DNA of 64,000 nucleotides from Plasmodiophora brassicae (Eukaryota): NCBI GenBank assembly GCA_036867785.1, contig CP145416.1, positions 558,001 to 622,000 of the forward strand, read 5' to 3'. Shown piece by piece: positions 61,260 to 64,000 of this stretch (position 1 is its first letter; each line of letters starts with the position of its first letter). The notes under the pieces were generated by a model. It saw only the letters and a program-made list of their open reading frames with translations, ran no database searches and was not told where the DNA came from. The position numbers and the translations under genes were made by a program.

Positions 61260-63371
61260 CTACTGCCGTCCACGTCCTTGACCAGGCAGAGCATGCTCCC
61301 GTGCGGGAACGTCAGCGAGCTTTATTGTACTTCTGCAGAATCGTCTCTTGCGGGAGCGTCCTCTGTGACAGCGTCCTCGGTCAAGCCCCTCATCCGTTCG
61401 AAATCAGGAAGTTTCGCGCCAGGGAACACATAACGGTTCGGGGGATGGAACTGGAATGCCGCCGGTTCGGAGGCGTTAGGCAGCGCCCAATCGTCGCCAA
61501 GCCTAAGGTCACCTTAGACGAGCACGATAATGCAATGCAACACAAGGACTGACATGCTGGTAAGAGTCGAACAAATCCTATCGGCATCGCCGAGCAACTC
61601 AATGTCGAAAGCGTGTGGGTGGCCGACAACCTGTCAAACGAGGATTAGAGCCCAGCATCGAGGTCATAATCGCTCGCTCACAAACCTCTCGATTGATCAG
61701 TACGATGGGTATATGCGGCTCCAGCAGCCCGATGACAGATGCAACTGGATGAACGACGAGTGATGATCCGACGACAATTACCAGGTCGACCTGTGAGATC
61801 TGTCAGCGACGCGCCAGGTCGAGACGCATCGGCCACAGCGACTTTAGGGAGGTCCGTCGACAGCAGGTTGTCAAATTCTTGTCCGAGAGGTTCCCCGAAG
61901 AACACAATGTCTGGTTTCATGACCCCAAACGCCGGGTCCAGTCGCGATTCATCGGTGCTCTCGCCGTGGCACATGGGGCACAGAGGCTTCCGTCGCGCAA
62001 TGATGGCTTCGCCTGGTCGCGGCGGACAGTAACGTCAGATCGTGCTTCCGCTGACACCCAGTACCGACAATCGGCTACCTATTTGGTCACCCGGTACCTG
62101 GCGCATGCAAGTGACGCACGATGCCGTTGCGAATGATCCATGGCACTGGTAAACCTGCGAACAACACGTCGCCGGTAAGACCGTTTCCGCATGAAAGCAT
62201 GAAGAACGCGCAGCGGCAAAGGACCTTGGATATGCAAGCGTAGTGTTCGAGATCGTCGATATTCTGCGAATAGTTCCGCAACAGTTTGCCGCGCCGCTCG
62301 AGAAGAGATATGAAATGGTGTGTCAACGATGGCTGAAACCGACCCGAACCTAATGGCGACCCGCATCAGTTGACGTCGACACGGTTCTCCACTGCGGATG
62401 CACCTACCCGGGAAAAGTTCGTGGGCGAACGAGTAGAAAATGTCGGGGTTCTCTCTGAACAGACGAATGTCGAACATGGACTCCGGTTGCGATAGGCCGA
62501 ATTCGTCCTTGATGCGCGCGTATATACCTACGCATGCTGTCAGGCCACTTCTACGATCGCATCATGTCGAATGTCACCATTCTTCGATCGGAAATCGGGA
62601 ATCCCGCATGACACGGAAACGCCTGCGCCACTGAGTACAATAATATTCGACGACTTCTTAATCAGGTCGCAGGCATCGTCGAGCGTGTTCACATCAATGA
62701 GCTTGACCCGCGCCTGGATCATCGTCTTTGCAATCATCGACGCTGCATATCCGCGCGACCGTTACTACGCGGGCGTCGCGCACGTCGCGCCGCGATTCCG
62801 TACCTAACTTTCGTACAACGTCCCACATGACGGGATCGGGAATGTACCGAGTGGTGCAGTGCTGCAGGAGGCTGCGCAGTCTGTCATTCAGTCGATCCCA
62901 CTGTTAGTGCGTGCGGTGCCCGCCATGGTTTGCAATGACGCAGTAACGTCACTGCAAACGACGAACGTACGTTGCGCCCGGGTCGCAGGCGCTCAGCTGA
63001 CGCGCCTGTACCCATTCCAGCAACTCCGTCGCCGTGTCGAACGCGTTGCTCATGACCGACCCGGACGAGCACTGGTCATCTGCTACGAGTAACCGTCTCA
63101 GCCCAACGTGACAACAATATACACGGCTGGTGCAACGACCTTCGCTGAAATCGATATCCTCCTCGTCCTCGCTCAGATGGTTCAGAATGGTTCCCGCGAT
63201 GTCCGCCCCAGCAACGCTTTCCGCTGCATCCGGCAAATCCGCCCTGGGACGCTTCCTTCCCGCATCGTCGCCGGCACCCTGCCCCGGGCTCCGTTGCCGG
63301 CGCGCCGCGGGCTGCGCGTCGTCGTCGGCGCCGTGGCGACCAACGACGATCGCCGTCGCCTGTCCCGCCAT
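61260..63371 (-). CDS. SIR2: NAD-dependent deacetylase, SIR2/SIRT1 class I, multi-exon
   Basis: [44 protein letters not shown] and [12 protein letters not shown]. 3' end approximate. Confidence 0.93.
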
Positions 63372-63446
63372 AATTTGCGTACGGGGTGCGGCGCGGCGCG
63401 GCCTCCCCGTTGCAGCACCCCGGCGGCCCCCGCCATCATCATCGCC

Positions 63447-64000
63447 ATGCTGCTCCTCGGTCGATGCACCCGCCGACGATTCAGCAACTCTGTCGGCATC
63501 GTCGGCATGCCGAACACAGGTAGGGAACGGGGTGCGTGCGTCTCTTGGGTGGTCTCGGTGTGGACTGTTGCGCAGGGAAGAGCACGCTGTTCAACGCGCT
63601 GACAAGGACGCAGATGGCGTTGAGCGCGAATTACCCGTTCGCAACGATCGAACCGACTTGCGCGCGAGTACCGGGTACCCAGCTACTGTAGCTCCACTTT
63701 GGTCTGTTTCTGAAGAAGACACATTCTGCAGTGCCCGATCCGACGTTGAGGCGTTTCGCGGCTGTCGCCAAATCAGAGAAGGTCATCGAATCCCAAATCG
63801 AGTTCGTCGACATTGCCGGCCTCGTCAAAGGTCTGCTGCTCCGAACAAGTCTCGCTGCTGTTTCCAGATTGTAACAGAGATAGGGCAGGTGCGCATAAAG
63901 GGGAAGGGCTTGGGAACCAGTTCCTGTCGAACATCCGGGAGTGCGACGTCCTTGTCCACGTCGTGCGATGCTTCGAGGACGAAAGCATCATCCACGTAGA
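63447..64000 (+). CDS. ychF: YchF/OLA1 Obg-like ATPase, probably mitochondrial (5' part, runs off the window)
   Basis: [38 protein letters not shown] and [16 protein letters not shown]. Confidence 0.93.

Overview
Compact, GC-rich eukaryotic DNA with many short (mostly ~40-70 bp) spliceosomal introns and very short intergenic gaps. This style and gene content suggest a flagellated protist such as a plasmodiophorid (Plasmodiophora-like); that identity is inferred, not shown. The window holds about 26 protein genes, mostly housekeeping: Pol delta, MRNIP-like, 7TM-RGS, USP12/46, RPS13, kinesin-14, DIS3L, HUS1, RFC1, TMEM19, DDRGK1, CDIN1, ACSF3-like, PGAP1-like, CTR9, a PHD protein, a BT1 transporter, an S28 peptidase, TMEM70, SIR2 and YchF. 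There are also two tandem tRNAs and an internally deleted PIF/Harbinger transposon with intact TIRs and a TTA TSD. Most notable: (1) a secreted pseudo-tyrosinase that appears to have lost all six copper histidines and carries a large QQGPQP/Pro-rich insert; (2) a small secreted Cys-rich two-repeat protein absent from the ORF track; (3) a ~3,300-aa HEAT plus multi-ASH-domain protein; (4) an orphan Myb-like gene with a decayed tandem paralog; (5) a probable dicistronic tRNA-Met/tRNA-Gln unit. Gene calls come from motif recognition by eye, and ends of multi-exon genes are approximate.
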